This document shows, in pieces, positions 1-10,563 of a stretch of DNA of 64,000 bases; the first letter of the stretch is position 1; each line of letters begins with the position of its first letter. The stretch covers positions 96,001-160,000 of the forward strand of contig CAWDSK010000004.1 of assembly GCA_963804995.1 (NCBI GenBank). Direction: 5' to 3'. The notes under the pieces were generated by a model, which made no database searches, was not told the origin of the DNA, and was given only the letters and a program-made list of their open reading frames with translations. The translations under genes were made by a program, and so were the position numbers. Origin of the DNA: an uncultured Acidobacteriota bacterium. GTDB taxonomy: Bacteria > Acidobacteriota > Terriglobia > UBA7540.

Positions 1-132
1 GAGCGCCTGATGGAGGGCCGCACGACGTTCATTATTGCCCACCGGCTCTCGACGCTCGAAGGGTGTGACCTGCGATTGGAAATGGAGCAAGGGCGCCTCA
101 CGGTACAAACCCAGCGGAGGTGCCCGGCGTGA
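1..132 (+). CDS. ABC transporter ATP-binding protein (MsbA-like), C-terminal end only
   Basis: Frame 1 reads ERLMEGRTTFIIAHRLSTLEGCD...; IAHRLST is the H-loop of ABC exporter NBDs. Stop overlaps the next start (GTGA). Confidence 0.85.
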   Translation, partial: ERLMEGRTTFIIAHRLSTLEGCDLRLEMEQGRLTVQTQRRCPA

Positions 133-1271
133 AGAAAGTGGTCCTGAGCACCGGGGGTCTGAGCGGCTCGCAAGGTTTTGGCGGCTCCATTTGGGTTCGC
201 CTGCAATATGCTCTGGGCTTGCGCCGATTGGGGATTGAGTGTTACTGGGTCGATCATCTCAACCGGGTCGATCCCGTCCAGTACCGTTGCGAGCTGAGCT
301 TTCTGCTGGCGCGCTTCCGCCGGCTGATGAGCGATTTTGGCTTCCACGATCACTATTGCGTGGTTTATGACGGTGGCGAACAACATTTTGGAATGAGCGC
401 CACCGCCCTGGCGGCTCTCGCTAAAGACACCGGCCTTCTGATAAACCTCAGTGCTACCCCGCCGCCAGGTTCACCGCTGCACTCCGTACCACGGCGCGCC
501 TATTTCGATCTCGACCCGGGGTTTACCCAGATTTGGGCCCTTGGCCAGAACGACCTCGACCTCAAGAGGTACAACTTTTTCTTCACGGTTGGCCAGAATA
601 TTGGCCGCCCGGAGTTCCGAATTCCCCTTGGCCAAATCAACTGGCGACCCACTCTGCCCCCTGTGGTGCTCGAACAGTGGCCGCCCTTTATCGACAACCG
701 TTACGATAGTTTTACAACCATCGCCGATTGGTGGGGCTCGCAACATGTGGTGTTTAACGATGAGGAGCACAGCGGCAAGCGCTCGGAATTCCTCCGCATA
801 CTGCCGCTGCCGAGGGAGAGCGGGCAGAAAATCGAACTTGCTCTGCTCATCAATCCGGGTGAACACGAGGACCTCCGCCTGTTGCGGGAGCACCAATGGA
901 AGCTGGTCGATCCCTATCTGTATGCTGGGGACCCGGGAGTTTACCGCGAATTCATCCGGCACTCGCGCGCGGAGTTCAGCGTCGCCAAAAGCGGGTACGT
1001 GAAATCCCAAGGGGGCTGGATCAGCGATCGCACCGCCTGCTACCTCGCCTCGGGAAAACCCGCGCTGGTTCAATCCACCGGTCTCGAATGGAAATTGCCC
1101 GTGGGAAGGGGCTTGCTGACCTTCCGGACCCTGGAAGAGGCGGTCGCGGGGGTCCGCCAGATCAACGCAGATTATCTGGCGCATTGCCAGGCGGCTAGGG
1201 CCGTGGCGGAGAAATACTTCGACTCTGACCTGGTGCTGGGAAGCATTCTGGAGCAGGTGGGCCTGTCGTGA
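129..1271 (+). CDS. GT-B-like glycosyltransferase-related protein, paralog 1
   Basis: C-terminal SRAEFSVAK...WISDRTACYLASGKPALVQSTG motif shared with 1291 and 3223; probable GTG start at 129. Confidence 0.65.
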   Translation: MKKVVLSTGGLSGSQGFGGSIWVRLQYALGLRRLGIECYWVDHLNRVDPVQYRCELSFLLARFRRLMSDFGFHDHYCVVYDGGEQHFGMSATALAALAKDTGLLINLSATPPPGSPLHSVPRRAYFDLDPGFTQIWALGQNDLDLKRYNFFFTVGQNIGRPEFRIPLGQINWRPTLPPVVLEQWPPFIDNRYDSFTTIADWWGSQHVVFNDEEHSGKRSEFLRILPLPRESGQKIELALLINPGEHEDLRLLREHQWKLVDPYLYAGDPGVYREFIRHSRAEFSVAKSGYVKSQGGWISDRTACYLASGKPALVQSTGLEWKLPVGRGLLTFRTLEEAVAGVRQINADYLAHCQAARAVAEKYFDSDLVLGSILEQVGLS

Positions 1272-1290
1272 GGGAACGGGAGAAACGCAG

Positions 1291-2505
1291 GTGAAACGAC
1301 GGTTCGTGGTGGTGGGGACCATGGCATCGCAGCCGTACGCGGGTATGGCGTGGACGCACATGCAGATCACCGCCGGGTTGAAGAATCTCGGCCACGACGT
1401 GTACTACTTCGAGGTCACTTCCACGTGGCCCTATGATCCTATCCGCAAGACCAACGTCCAAGACTCGGATTACACGCTTCCCTACCTCGAGCGCGTCGCC
1501 GGGAGCTTTGGGTTGGGCGATCGATGGGCCTATCGACGCAGTTACCTCGATAATGAATGGTTTGGGCTGGGCCGGCGCCAAGCCAAAGACTTGTTGCGCG
1601 ATGCCGATGCGGTCTTTAATATTTCCGGCTCCACCTTGCTGCGGACTCGGGAGGATCTGGACGTCGGTAATCTGGTGTTCCTGGAAACGGACCCGGTCTT
1701 TCTCGAGATCGGTTGGGCGGAGGGCGATAAATTTTCCCACAAAGTCGTTGAGCAGCACGATCAATTTGCCACCTACGGCGAGAATGTCGGCGAGCCAGAT
1801 TGCCCCATCCCCCCGCTGCCAGGGCTGAAGGCACGCACGCGCCAGCCGATCCTGCTCGATCTCTGGTCTCCCACGGGTAACCCGCGCCCCGAGTTTACAA
1901 CCGTGTGCAATTGGCGGCAGGAAGGCTTGGATTGCGAATTTCGGGGCGAAACATACTATTGGAGTAAGCACCGTGAGTTTCTGAAGTTCATCGATCTACC
2001 CAGACGAACCAGCCAGCCCCTCGAGCTTGCCATGGGACTGGTGGACACGGCGGATACGCGGCCGGATGCGCGCGAGTCGACTCGTGCTGTAGGCATGACG
2101 GCCGACGAACGCCGGCTACTCGACCACAACGGGTGGCGGCTCACCAACGCCCACGAATTCACGCTGGATCCCTGGCCCTATCGCGACTATGTCCGCTCCT
2201 CGCGGGGCGAGTTCACCGTAGCCAAGGACCAGAATGTGAGGCTGCGCAGCGGCTGGTTCAGCGAGCGGAGCGCATGTTACTTGGCAGCAGGACGCCCTGT
2301 GGTCACGCAGGACACGGGCTTCGGCCGGACGATTCCCACCGGAGAGGGTCTGTTTGCGTTTAATACCACCGAAGAGGCGCGGGCTGCCATCGAGGCGATC
2401 AACTCCGATTATGAGCGCCATAGCCGGGCGGCCCGCCAGGTCGCCGAGGAGTACTTCCGCGCCGAAACGGTCCTGGCCAAGCTCCTCGCCGATTTGGGGC
2501 TGTAA
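1291..2505 (+). CDS. GT-B-like glycosyltransferase-related protein, paralog 2
   Basis: GLKNLGHDVYYFE N-terminus; SRGEFTVAK...WFSERSACYLAAGRPVVTQDTGF C-terminus. Confidence 0.7.
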   Translation: MKRRFVVVGTMASQPYAGMAWTHMQITAGLKNLGHDVYYFEVTSTWPYDPIRKTNVQDSDYTLPYLERVAGSFGLGDRWAYRRSYLDNEWFGLGRRQAKDLLRDADAVFNISGSTLLRTREDLDVGNLVFLETDPVFLEIGWAEGDKFSHKVVEQHDQFATYGENVGEPDCPIPPLPGLKARTRQPILLDLWSPTGNPRPEFTTVCNWRQEGLDCEFRGETYYWSKHREFLKFIDLPRRTSQPLELAMGLVDTADTRPDARESTRAVGMTADERRLLDHNGWRLTNAHEFTLDPWPYRDYVRSSRGEFTVAKDQNVRLRSGWFSERSACYLAAGRPVVTQDTGFGRTIPTGEGLFAFNTTEEARAAIEAINSDYERHSRAARQVAEEYFRAETVLAKLLADLGL

Positions 2506-2508
2506 AAG

Positions 2509-3219
2509 ATGGAGACGCCCATGCGCAGCCTGATCGTGAACGCCGATGATTTCGGCCAAAGCCCCGGAGTCAACCGGGGAATCATGCAGGCTCGCGAAAA
2601 GGGTATTGTGACCAGTACCAGCCTGATGGTGCGCTGGCCCGCGGCCCGGGAAGCCGCTGCCTACGCTCGCCGCAATCCCGACTTCAGCGTGGGTTTACAC
2701 CTCGATTTCTGCGAGTGGACTTACCGCGAGGGCGACTGGAAACCCCTCTACGAAGTGGTTTCCCTTTCCGATGGACCGGCCGCAGAGGCGGAGGTGTGGA
2801 GGCAGCTCGGAGCCTTCGAGGTATTGGTGGGGAAGCCCCCCACGCACCTGGATTCCCACCAACACATGCACTTAAGACCGTCAGTGCTCCCCCGAGTGGA
2901 AAAGATAGCCGCGACCCTGGGGGTACCGCTGCGCCGTCGTAGCTCTCAGGTGCGCTACTGCGGAGATTTCTACGGCCAGCTTGAGCACGGTGAACCCTTC
3001 CCCGAAGGGGTGAGCGTGGAACGGCTTCTGGGAATCTTACAAGCGCTCCCCGAAGGTTACACCGAACTCGGATGCCATCCGGGTTTCGCCGCAGACTTGG
3101 AGACCATGTACGGGCGCGAGCGGGAGACGGAACTAGCGACTTTGTGTGATCCGGCGATTCGCGCCGCGATTCAGACCTCTGGAATTAATCTCTGTTCGTT
3201 CGCGGGGCTGCGAGGCTGA
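2509..3219 (+). CDS. YdjC/ChbG-family carbohydrate deacetylase
   Basis: LIVNADDFG, VGLHLD, PTHLDSHQH and ELGCHPG motifs. Confidence 0.9.
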   Translation: METPMRSLIVNADDFGQSPGVNRGIMQAREKGIVTSTSLMVRWPAAREAAAYARRNPDFSVGLHLDFCEWTYREGDWKPLYEVVSLSDGPAAEAEVWRQLGAFEVLVGKPPTHLDSHQHMHLRPSVLPRVEKIAATLGVPLRRRSSQVRYCGDFYGQLEHGEPFPEGVSVERLLGILQALPEGYTELGCHPGFAADLETMYGRERETELATLCDPAIRAAIQTSGINLCSFAGLRG

Positions 3220-3222
3220 AAG

Positions 3223-4368
3223 ATGGCACGCGTCATCATCGGCGCCTATCTGGTTCGGATGCCATTGGGCGGATACCAATCCTTGGTTTTGCAATGGTTG
3301 CTGGGATTTCATCGTCTCGGGCACGAGGTCTATTGCGTGGAGAAAAGTGGATGGCCCGGGTCCTGCTACGACCCGACGGCCGATGATATGGGAGACGATT
3401 GCTCCTACGGCACCAGGGTCACCCATGATTTACTGAGCCAGTATGGTCTCGGCGACTGTTGGTGCTACGTGGATGCCACTGGGAAGTATCATGGGATGCA
3501 AAGGGAGCAAATTGAGAATATTTTCCAAACCGCCGATTTGTTCATCGATCACCTGCGGGATTGCGAGTGGGAGACGGAAGCCCGATCCACTCGGGTGCGC
3601 GCCATGGTGGACCAGGAACCAGGGTACACCCAGATGCGCATGGCCAATCGGCTGGAGCAAGGGCTGGCAGTTTCGCGATACGATCAATACTATACCGTTG
3701 GCCTGAGCCTAGGCCGAGGTGAGAGCACGGTCCCCACCCTGGGGCTTACCTGGCGACCTACCTTCAACCCCGCTGTAACCGATCTGTTCCCCTATAGGCC
3801 CCCGCCCGCGCGCTCCCCCTTTACTACCGTCATGATGTGGAAGCCCATAGGGCCCATCCGCTACCAGGGTGTCGCTTATGGAACCAAGGAAATGGAATTT
3901 CCCAAATTCATCGACCTCCCCCATCGCACCTCGATCCCTTTAGAACTTGCGGTGGGCGGGATGGAGGCTTGCCGCGAGGAATTGCGCAGAAGCGGCTGGC
4001 AGGTGCGTGATGGCCTGGAGGTCTCCACAACCTTCGATAGGTGGCGGCAATATATATCCGATTCGCGCGGTGAATTCAGCGTCTGCAAGAACTACTACGT
4101 CGCCACCCACACGGGCTTTTTCAGCGATCGCAGCGCGGCCTATCTCGCCGCCGGCCGGCCTGTCGTCATGCAGGACACAGGTTTCAGCGCTCACCTTCCC
4201 TGCGGCCGGGGCCTTTTCGCGGTGCGCAATGTCGACGACGCCGTGGCTGCCTTGGAGGCCATCGAAGGTGATTACGAACGGCATTCCAGGTGGGCGCGGG
4301 AGCTCGCCTGCGAGTATCTGGAAGCAGAAAAAGTCCTCGCCAGGATGCTGCGCGAGTTGGAACTGTGA
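3223..4368 (+). CDS. GT-B-like glycosyltransferase-related protein, paralog 3
   Basis: GFHRLGHEVYCVE; SRGEFSVCK...FSDRSAAYLAAGRPVVMQDTGF. Confidence 0.7.
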   Translation: MARVIIGAYLVRMPLGGYQSLVLQWLLGFHRLGHEVYCVEKSGWPGSCYDPTADDMGDDCSYGTRVTHDLLSQYGLGDCWCYVDATGKYHGMQREQIENIFQTADLFIDHLRDCEWETEARSTRVRAMVDQEPGYTQMRMANRLEQGLAVSRYDQYYTVGLSLGRGESTVPTLGLTWRPTFNPAVTDLFPYRPPPARSPFTTVMMWKPIGPIRYQGVAYGTKEMEFPKFIDLPHRTSIPLELAVGGMEACREELRRSGWQVRDGLEVSTTFDRWRQYISDSRGEFSVCKNYYVATHTGFFSDRSAAYLAAGRPVVMQDTGFSAHLPCGRGLFAVRNVDDAVAALEAIEGDYERHSRWARELACEYLEAEKVLARMLRELEL

Positions 4369-4403
4369 GCCGGAGTCAGGTCGGGGAGGATCAGACGAGT
4401 ATC

Positions 4404-5042
4404 ATGCCGCCCACGCGGATTAGCAAACGATGTAAAGGTTTCTTTGACAGGATCTGGCGCCAAGGGGATTTCTGGCAACTGGAAAGCTCGCCGTTTGAGC
4501 GGGCCAAGTATGAACGCCAGGCCGCCTTGCTGGCCGACCGCCGCTATAGACGGGTCTTGGAAGTTGGTTGTGGCGCAGGCGCATTCACCCGACAACTTTC
4601 CACCCTGGCCGAGCATGTTTTGGCCGTGGACGTGGCGCCCGCCGCCATTGAACGGGCCCTGGCAAACCGCCCGGCTGGGGATCAGGTCGAATTCCAGGTT
4701 GCCGATATCATGGAGCACGATTTTGGTGCTGATCCCCCTTGGGATTTGATTGTCATCAGCGAAACAATTTACTATCTGGGATGGCTGTATTCGTTTTTTG
4801 ATGTCGCCTGGCTCGTCCATAAGATGTTCGCAGTTACGGAGTCCGGCGGCAGGGCCATCATGGTAAACACCCTGGGCACCGGAACCGACTATCTCCTCTA
4901 CCCCTGGATCATAAGGACGTATCGTGACCTGTTTGTCAACGCCGGGTATGCGTTGCAGGTCGAGGAGGTGCTCCGGGGTGTTAAGAAGGGCATCGAGTTG
5001 GAGGCTTTGATCACGCTGTTCGCGAAACCGCTTCAGGAGTGA
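4404..5042 (+). CDS. NodS-like class I SAM-dependent methyltransferase
   Basis: W-x-LESSPFERAKY, VLEVGCGAGAFT and DLIVISETIYYL resemble NodS; start could be GTG at 4365. Confidence 0.8.
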   Translation: MPPTRISKRCKGFFDRIWRQGDFWQLESSPFERAKYERQAALLADRRYRRVLEVGCGAGAFTRQLSTLAEHVLAVDVAPAAIERALANRPAGDQVEFQVADIMEHDFGADPPWDLIVISETIYYLGWLYSFFDVAWLVHKMFAVTESGGRAIMVNTLGTGTDYLLYPWIIRTYRDLFVNAGYALQVEEVLRGVKKGIELEALITLFAKPLQE

Positions 5043-5108
5043 AACCAGCAGGTCCCTGCTGCGGGGTCACCCGTATTTCATCCGCACACTTAACTTCCAG
5101 GAGAATCC

Positions 5109-6020
5109 ATGCTTATCGGAGGGCCGTCCTTTACTGTTTATGAATGGTACACGACTCCGGAGTTTCTGATCTCGGCGGTGGTTCCTGATGCGACGATTAT
5201 CACCGGTTCCGTCGAAGACAGCATCGAGAACATCCAGCCTAAACTGCCCTCTCACCTCACCTCGTTTCTGTTCCATTTGAACTGCACCAAAACCGCGCTT
5301 TTCCCCATTTGCCGGCCTCGGCTGATTGAGCACCTCAACTCCCGGGGAGTGCCCATCCTCAATGCCCATGCTACCGACATTTCAAAAAGATACATTCAGC
5401 AGAAATGTGCAGATTTGGGCCTTCCTACCACGCTCGCTTCCCGCGAGGGTGACCCCGAAGAGAAGGTGATGGTAAAAACCAACCTGAACTTCGCCGGAGC
5501 ATCCGAATGGGGGCTCACTCCTGAGCAGCGCACTATGCTGGGCCTCGGCAAAGGGTCTGATTTCATCTATGACCCGTTCCAGTATTTGGTCATGCCGCGA
5601 CGGGAAGTAAACGCTTCCTGGTGGGACGACGAAAACCTCATCTGCGAGCGGTTCATTACCAACCAAGAGCACCGCTGGTCGCGCAGTTTTGTTTTTCTCA
5701 ACAAGCTGGTGACCCTGGACATGACCAACCCGATGCAAGTCAAATATCCGGGGATGAGTGTTCTCAAGCAAATGTGGAAATTGGTGCTGGCCGACGGATC
5801 AGCAGCAGATCAGGACGGCGCGGACGTCCCCGCCTGGATTCAGGGCCTGGCCCGCTTCATCAAAGCATTCCCGTTGGACATGGGAACCCTGGACGTGGTG
5901 CAGGATGACTTGGGCAACGCTTACATCGTCGACGTCAACACCACCCCCGCCTTCGGCGCTAAGCCCGTGCCGGGCTTGGCCGAACACCTGCAAGGAGCGC
6001 TCATTCGGGCTTCGAGTTAG
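5109..6020 (+). CDS. ATP-grasp-fold protein
   Basis: VMVKTN, LICERFI and GTLDVVQDDLGNAYIVDVNTTP match the ATP-grasp pattern. Confidence 0.6.
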   Translation: MLIGGPSFTVYEWYTTPEFLISAVVPDATIITGSVEDSIENIQPKLPSHLTSFLFHLNCTKTALFPICRPRLIEHLNSRGVPILNAHATDISKRYIQQKCADLGLPTTLASREGDPEEKVMVKTNLNFAGASEWGLTPEQRTMLGLGKGSDFIYDPFQYLVMPRREVNASWWDDENLICERFITNQEHRWSRSFVFLNKLVTLDMTNPMQVKYPGMSVLKQMWKLVLADGSAADQDGADVPAWIQGLARFIKAFPLDMGTLDVVQDDLGNAYIVDVNTTPAFGAKPVPGLAEHLQGALIRASS

Positions 6021-6188
6021 CTCCGCTTGCTCATAGGGAGGAGGGGGCGGATCCAAAGATGAGTGGGCTGAAACAATCTGCGGTTTGCCGAAGGTACGTC
6101 CACCTGGCCGCCCGCTGGGGGAGATAGCTGGCGACTTGCGAACGATGCAAGAGTAGATTGTGATGCGGCGAAGGCCCTTCACGAAACT

Positions 6189-6270
6189 CGTAGCGGCGGG
6201 TTTACCCCGCCATTTTCGAGGCGACATTACGCTGCCACATGGCGAGGTAAACTCGCCGCTACAACATCAA
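6189..6270. repeat. REP-like palindromic element
   Basis: GTAGCGGCGGGTTTACCCCGCCAT...ATGGCGAGGTAAACTCGCCGCTAC; related copy at about 15237-15320. Confidence 0.8.
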
Positions 6271-6502
6271 TGTGACTCACTTCGTGCGGATGGGCAGGCT
6301 GGCGCCGACTACGGATATGTTTTTCATGGATATCCCCCAGACCAGATTATATACTCCGCTCCTCATCAAACGACGCGCTTAAGTCGCCTAATAAATTGCG
6401 ACGGGCGCGCCCGCTTGCATAATGCATGGTATCGACGTGGCGCCTGGTGACAAAGTTTTGGCTGTGCCCTCGGCGCGCGGGGAATTAAGTGGAGAAACAT
6501 CC

Positions 6503-8181
6503 ATGGCTTCCTCAAGAATGACCGGCGCGCAATTTATCGCCGGGATGCTCAAGGGGTATGGTCTTACCCACGTCTTCTTTGTCGAGTCGATACTGCGTCA
6601 AACCCTCATCGAACTCGAGCGGCTTGGCATTCGGCGTATCCTGACGCATTCAGAGGCCGCCGCTGCTTACATGGCCGACGGCTATGCGCGCGTCAGCCGC
6701 TGCCCCGGCGTATGCTTCGCTCAGTCCGTAGGCGCGGCGAACCTCGCGGCGGCCTGCAGGACGCTTATTTGGGCCGATCTCCGGTCATCGCCATAACCGG
6801 AAGAAAACCCGCCATCGCGCAACTGCGGAACGCCTATCAGGAGATCCAGCATCGGCCGTTGTTCTCCGCCGTGACCAAGTACGACGCCGATGTCGATTCC
6901 ATTCTCCAACTGCCTCACGTTCTTCCGCAGGCATTTCGCGAAGCAACTTCGGGAACGCCTCGTCCTGTCCATCTGGAGGTTGAGGGACATACGGGCGAAT
7001 TGCTGGAAAACGCGCAGGGCCAGCTTGAGATTATGGTCGAGGACCGTTATCGGCGTTGTCCTTCCCACCGTTCCCTCCCCGAACCGGATCTTCTTCAGGA
7101 AGCGGCTCGGATGATAACGCAAGCCGCCCGGCCGGTAATCGTTGCGGGGGGAGGCGCGGTTATCTCCGAGGCGGGTGATGAGATTTTTGAGCTCTCCGAG
7201 TCCTTAGGCGTTCCCGTGGCTTATTCCTTGGACGGAAAAGGCATTATTCCGGAGGACCATCCGGCCGCGGTCGGAGTGGTGGGGTCCTATTCATCCAAGA
7301 GTGCAAACCGCGTGGTTTCCGAAGCGGATCTGGTCATTTTTGTGGGGTGCGATACCGGTGACCAGGTGACCTACAACTGGCGGATTCCACGAATGGGGAC
7401 GACAGTGATCCAAATCGATGCGGACGCGGCCGAACTGGGGCGGAATTATCCCGGGACGTTGGGTATCCTCGGTGATCCCAAAGCGTCTCTCGGCGGCGTG
7501 CTAGGTTTCCTGGCTCGGCAAGATAGAAAGGACCACTGGATGTCTCACGCCCAGACCATTGTCGCGGAATGGCAGGACGAAAGGCGCTCACTGATGACGT
7601 CCGACACGGTTCCGATTCGCGTCGAGAGATTGTGCTGGGAACTAACAAAAATACTTCCCTCCAATGCTGTCCTCGTGGCCGACACCGGATTCTCGGGCAT
7701 CTGGACAGGCACATCCGTTCCCCTGACCGAGCGTGGTCAAACTTATCTCCGGTCAGCGGGGAGCCTGGGATGGGGATTTCCCGCCTCGCTGGGAGCAAAG
7801 TGCGCGGTGCCGGACCGCCCGGTGATCAGCTTCGTGGGTGATGGAGGCTTTTACTACCACCTGAGCGAATTGGAGACTGCGGCTCGGTGGGGAATCAACA
7901 CGGTGACCATCGTGAACAATAATTCGGCCCTCGGGCAGTGTTTGCCGCTCGTCGAGCAAGCTTATGGGGCGAGAAGCGGCAAGCCATCCGACCTGATGCG
8001 CTTTCGAAACGTGGATTTTACCCTCATCGCCAAGGCCATGGGCTGCCAGGGAATCCGCGTGGAGCGTCCGGATGAAATCGCACCGGCCTTGAAAAACGCA
8101 CTCGCCGCCGAGGCTCCCGTCGTCGTCGATGTCGTGACTGATCCGAGAGTACAAGCACCCGCTCCCTGGCTTCCGGAATAA
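6503..8181 (+). CDS. Thiamine pyrophosphate-dependent enzyme (acetolactate synthase-like), frameshift near 6752
   Basis: HSEAAAAYMADGYARVS and GDGGF...NN TPP motif. One missing G breaks NLAAGLQDAY between ORFs 6422 and 6712. Confidence 0.88.
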
Positions 8182-8279
8182 TAATACTGAACTCCTACAA
8201 ACGCCCTTCAATGACAGTGGGAAGGATCAACATCGTCCTCGTCACTTGGCCGCGGGTGGCGCATACGTCCCGGCGCTCT

Positions 8280-8426
8280 GAAGCTGTGAAGAAATTCCCG
8301 CAAGTACAAAAGCGTTTCACGCAAAGGCGCAAAGCCTCGGAGGCGCAAAGAAAACAAAGCAATTATTCTTTGCGGTCTTTGCGTCTTAGCGCCTTTGCGT
8401 GAGACCGCCTATTTTTTTACACGTTC
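8280..8426. mobile_element. MITE family A, copy 1
   Basis: Ends GAAGCTGTGAAG/TTTTACACGTTC, TCT duplication, inside a CGCATACGTCCCGGC...GTCGGGATGTATGCG hairpin. Confidence 0.75.
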
Positions 8427-8692
8427 TCTTTGTCGGGATGTATGCGACCTTCAATAGGAGTAGGATAGCCGCGTGCCCCGGCAGAAGCATTATTACGGTC
8501 TCAACCATCCGCCTTTCGGCACCCGCAAGCCGGTTGAGAAACCCGGCGACTGGCCGTGGTCAGGTTGGAGATTTTATCTTCTGAAAGCTGACTCCCTACT
8601 CCCTATGGACCGAAGGTTGTGATCGCACACATGCCAAAAGGCGGCACGTATGCGCCACCCGCGCACCGCAGAGCCGCGCCCTGAGATGCGCC

Positions 8693-8839
8693 AGCGGGTA
8701 GCGCGGAGGTGGCGTAGTTCAGCTTCCTCCGCGGTTCTTAACATGGCAACAACGTTCTCGGACATACATATATCGGTTAATGCCCAAGGGAAACGCCGCA
8801 GACGAAGCCAAACAGCGGCTACGTCTGCGCTACCCCGCT
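8693..8839. repeat. 147-bp MITE-like repeat family B, copy 1
   Basis: Near-identical to 10316-10462; terminal IR AGCGGGTAGCGCGGA/TCTGCGCTACCCCGCT. Confidence 0.85.
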
Positions 8840-8920
8840 GAATGCTAAGCTCGGGCTACGGTTCGCAGTAGAGGCCCTTTGGCCCATCGGTCCGTAAGGG
8901 ACTTTGTAAGCTGAACTCAG

Positions 8921-9042
8921 CGGGGCTGGCGCAGACTGCCGCCTTTTGCAGTCTGCGATCCCGAAGGGACTTGCACTTTGAGATTATCCAGATCGGGAAT
9001 ACGAGAAACGCAGACACTGAACTGCGTGTCTGCGCCAGCCGC
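8921..9042. repeat. MITE-like element family C
   Basis: Terminal IR GGCTGGCGCAGAC/GTCTGCGCCAGCC; shares CCCGAAGGGACT and termini with 25267-25475. Confidence 0.65.
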
Positions 9043-9102
9043 GATTCCCTGGCTGCCACAATGCAAGGACCAACAAGCCGCTGGTGCCGCCCGCGCTAGG
9101 CA

Positions 9103-9993
9103 TTAGAGCTCCAGTGTGCCTTCTTTTGGCACCATGTTTTCGGCATAAATACGGTAAAATACCTTCAGAACCTTTGGCTGTTGCCCGCCAAACGCCGTCG
9201 GGCCTGTGAGTATGCCAATCTCTTGGTTAGGATGCACGACAACGTTTGCGTTTGCGATGAATTGTATGCTGTATGGCTCCTGGCGGATGTGCACATACGC
9301 ACCGACCTTGAAGGCGTCATTGCCTTCCCCGTCATACCACATCCCCCCAGTGTTTGGAACCCAACCAATATCAGCAGACGCAAATTTGGCAATTCCTCTG
9401 CCTATGTTGCGCAGCGAGAACCTCAGCGCATGACTTCCCTCAGCTACCACCCGAAGCTCCAATTCAGGTGACAAACTCCTGAAGAATAAGGCCCGAACAT
9501 CAGCCGTCGAGAGCGGTGAAAAGCTATCGCCATGACGCTTGTAGAAGTCGGAGCGATTGTTCCCGAGTGCCCTGTGCTCCGTGCTGCTCTTTGGAAACAA
9601 AGTGACGGCATAGCCTTTATCTGAGTTTTCGTCGTCATTTTCGTAAATCACGCGGTTCTGTATTCCGTCGACAACAGGTTCAGTGGAGTATTTCACATAG
9701 TCGTTTAGGCCGTTAAGAAATCTCTTAATATTGGGTATCGGCTTCAGGGTTGTTGCTTCATCGATTTCATTTGGTCCTTTTCGTGCCTCTATACCCCACA
9801 CGAGCACACCGCCCTCCTGATGTGCAAATCCCGAGGCCGCCTTGCTAAAGTGAGCTTTGTCGTCGTCAAGCAGCGCGCCGCCCGAACTACGGCTCTCTTT
9901 GAAGTCGAGGAAAACATCCTCTTGCTTCCCAAGAAGGGCACGTATGTTGCCGAAATTGTTCAAGCTGTCGTAAATAAGTGACGCGTTATTCAT
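9103..9993 (-). CDS. Schlafen/AlbA_2 domain protein
   Basis: EDVFLDFKE...SGFAHQEGGVLVWGI...FYKRHGD is the AlbA_2 pattern; more AT-rich than the flanks. Confidence 0.85.
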   Translation of the reverse strand: MNNASLIYDSLNNFGNIRALLGKQEDVFLDFKESRSSGGALLDDDKAHFSKAASGFAHQEGGVLVWGIEARKGPNEIDEATTLKPIPNIKRFLNGLNDYVKYSTEPVVDGIQNRVIYENDDENSDKGYAVTLFPKSSTEHRALGNNRSDFYKRHGDSFSPLSTADVRALFFRSLSPELELRVVAEGSHALRFSLRNIGRGIAKFASADIGWVPNTGGMWYDGEGNDAFKVGAYVHIRQEPYSIQFIANANVVVHPNQEIGILTGPTAFGGQQPKVLKVFYRIYAENMVPKEGTLEL

Positions 9994-10129
9994 GAGAGCT
10001 CCCGATTGTGGTGCCCCCTGTTGGCCGGAGTTTCCGCTCGGGGCCTTCCGACACAGAAGACCTCATCCCTGTTTCTCTCCGCTCGAACCCTTGCCGCAGC
10101 AGGAGAAACGGTGTCAGAAACGGTGTCAG

Positions 10130-10227
10130 GAACTGTGAAACAATTGAATTTGGACCTGTTATCAACTGTGTAAAGCATTGAAAATGCGTGGTGCTGAAAT
10201 CGGTAAAACCAATTTTTTCACATGTTC
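10130..10227. mobile_element. MITE family A, copy 2
   Basis: GAACTGTGAAA...TTTCACATGTTC with CAG duplication. Confidence 0.65.
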
Positions 10228-10315
10228 CAGGGACCCTTTCTCCTCCCCGGGGTTTAGGTGCAGCTACTTGGGCTGTGGCTCAACCCTACCGAGAGCCTCG
10301 TCGGTGGCCAGTTCG

Positions 10316-10462
10316 AGCGGGTAGCGCGGAGGTGGCGTAGTTCAGCTTCCTCCGCGGTTCTTAACATGGCAACAATGTTCTCGGACATACATATATCGGT
10401 TAATGCCCAAGGGAAACGCCGCAGACGAAGCCAAACAGCGGCTACGTCTGCGCTACTCCGCT
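10316..10462. repeat. 147-bp MITE-like repeat family B, copy 2
   Basis: Direct repeat of 8693-8839. Confidence 0.85.
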
Positions 10463-10563
10463 TTCTTTCTGACACCCTTTCCTTGTGACAACTGATAAGA
10501 GTGAGGCCGGCAATTCAACTCTACCCAGGCCCACCCATCAACTCCGCATGAAAATTAGCAGAG

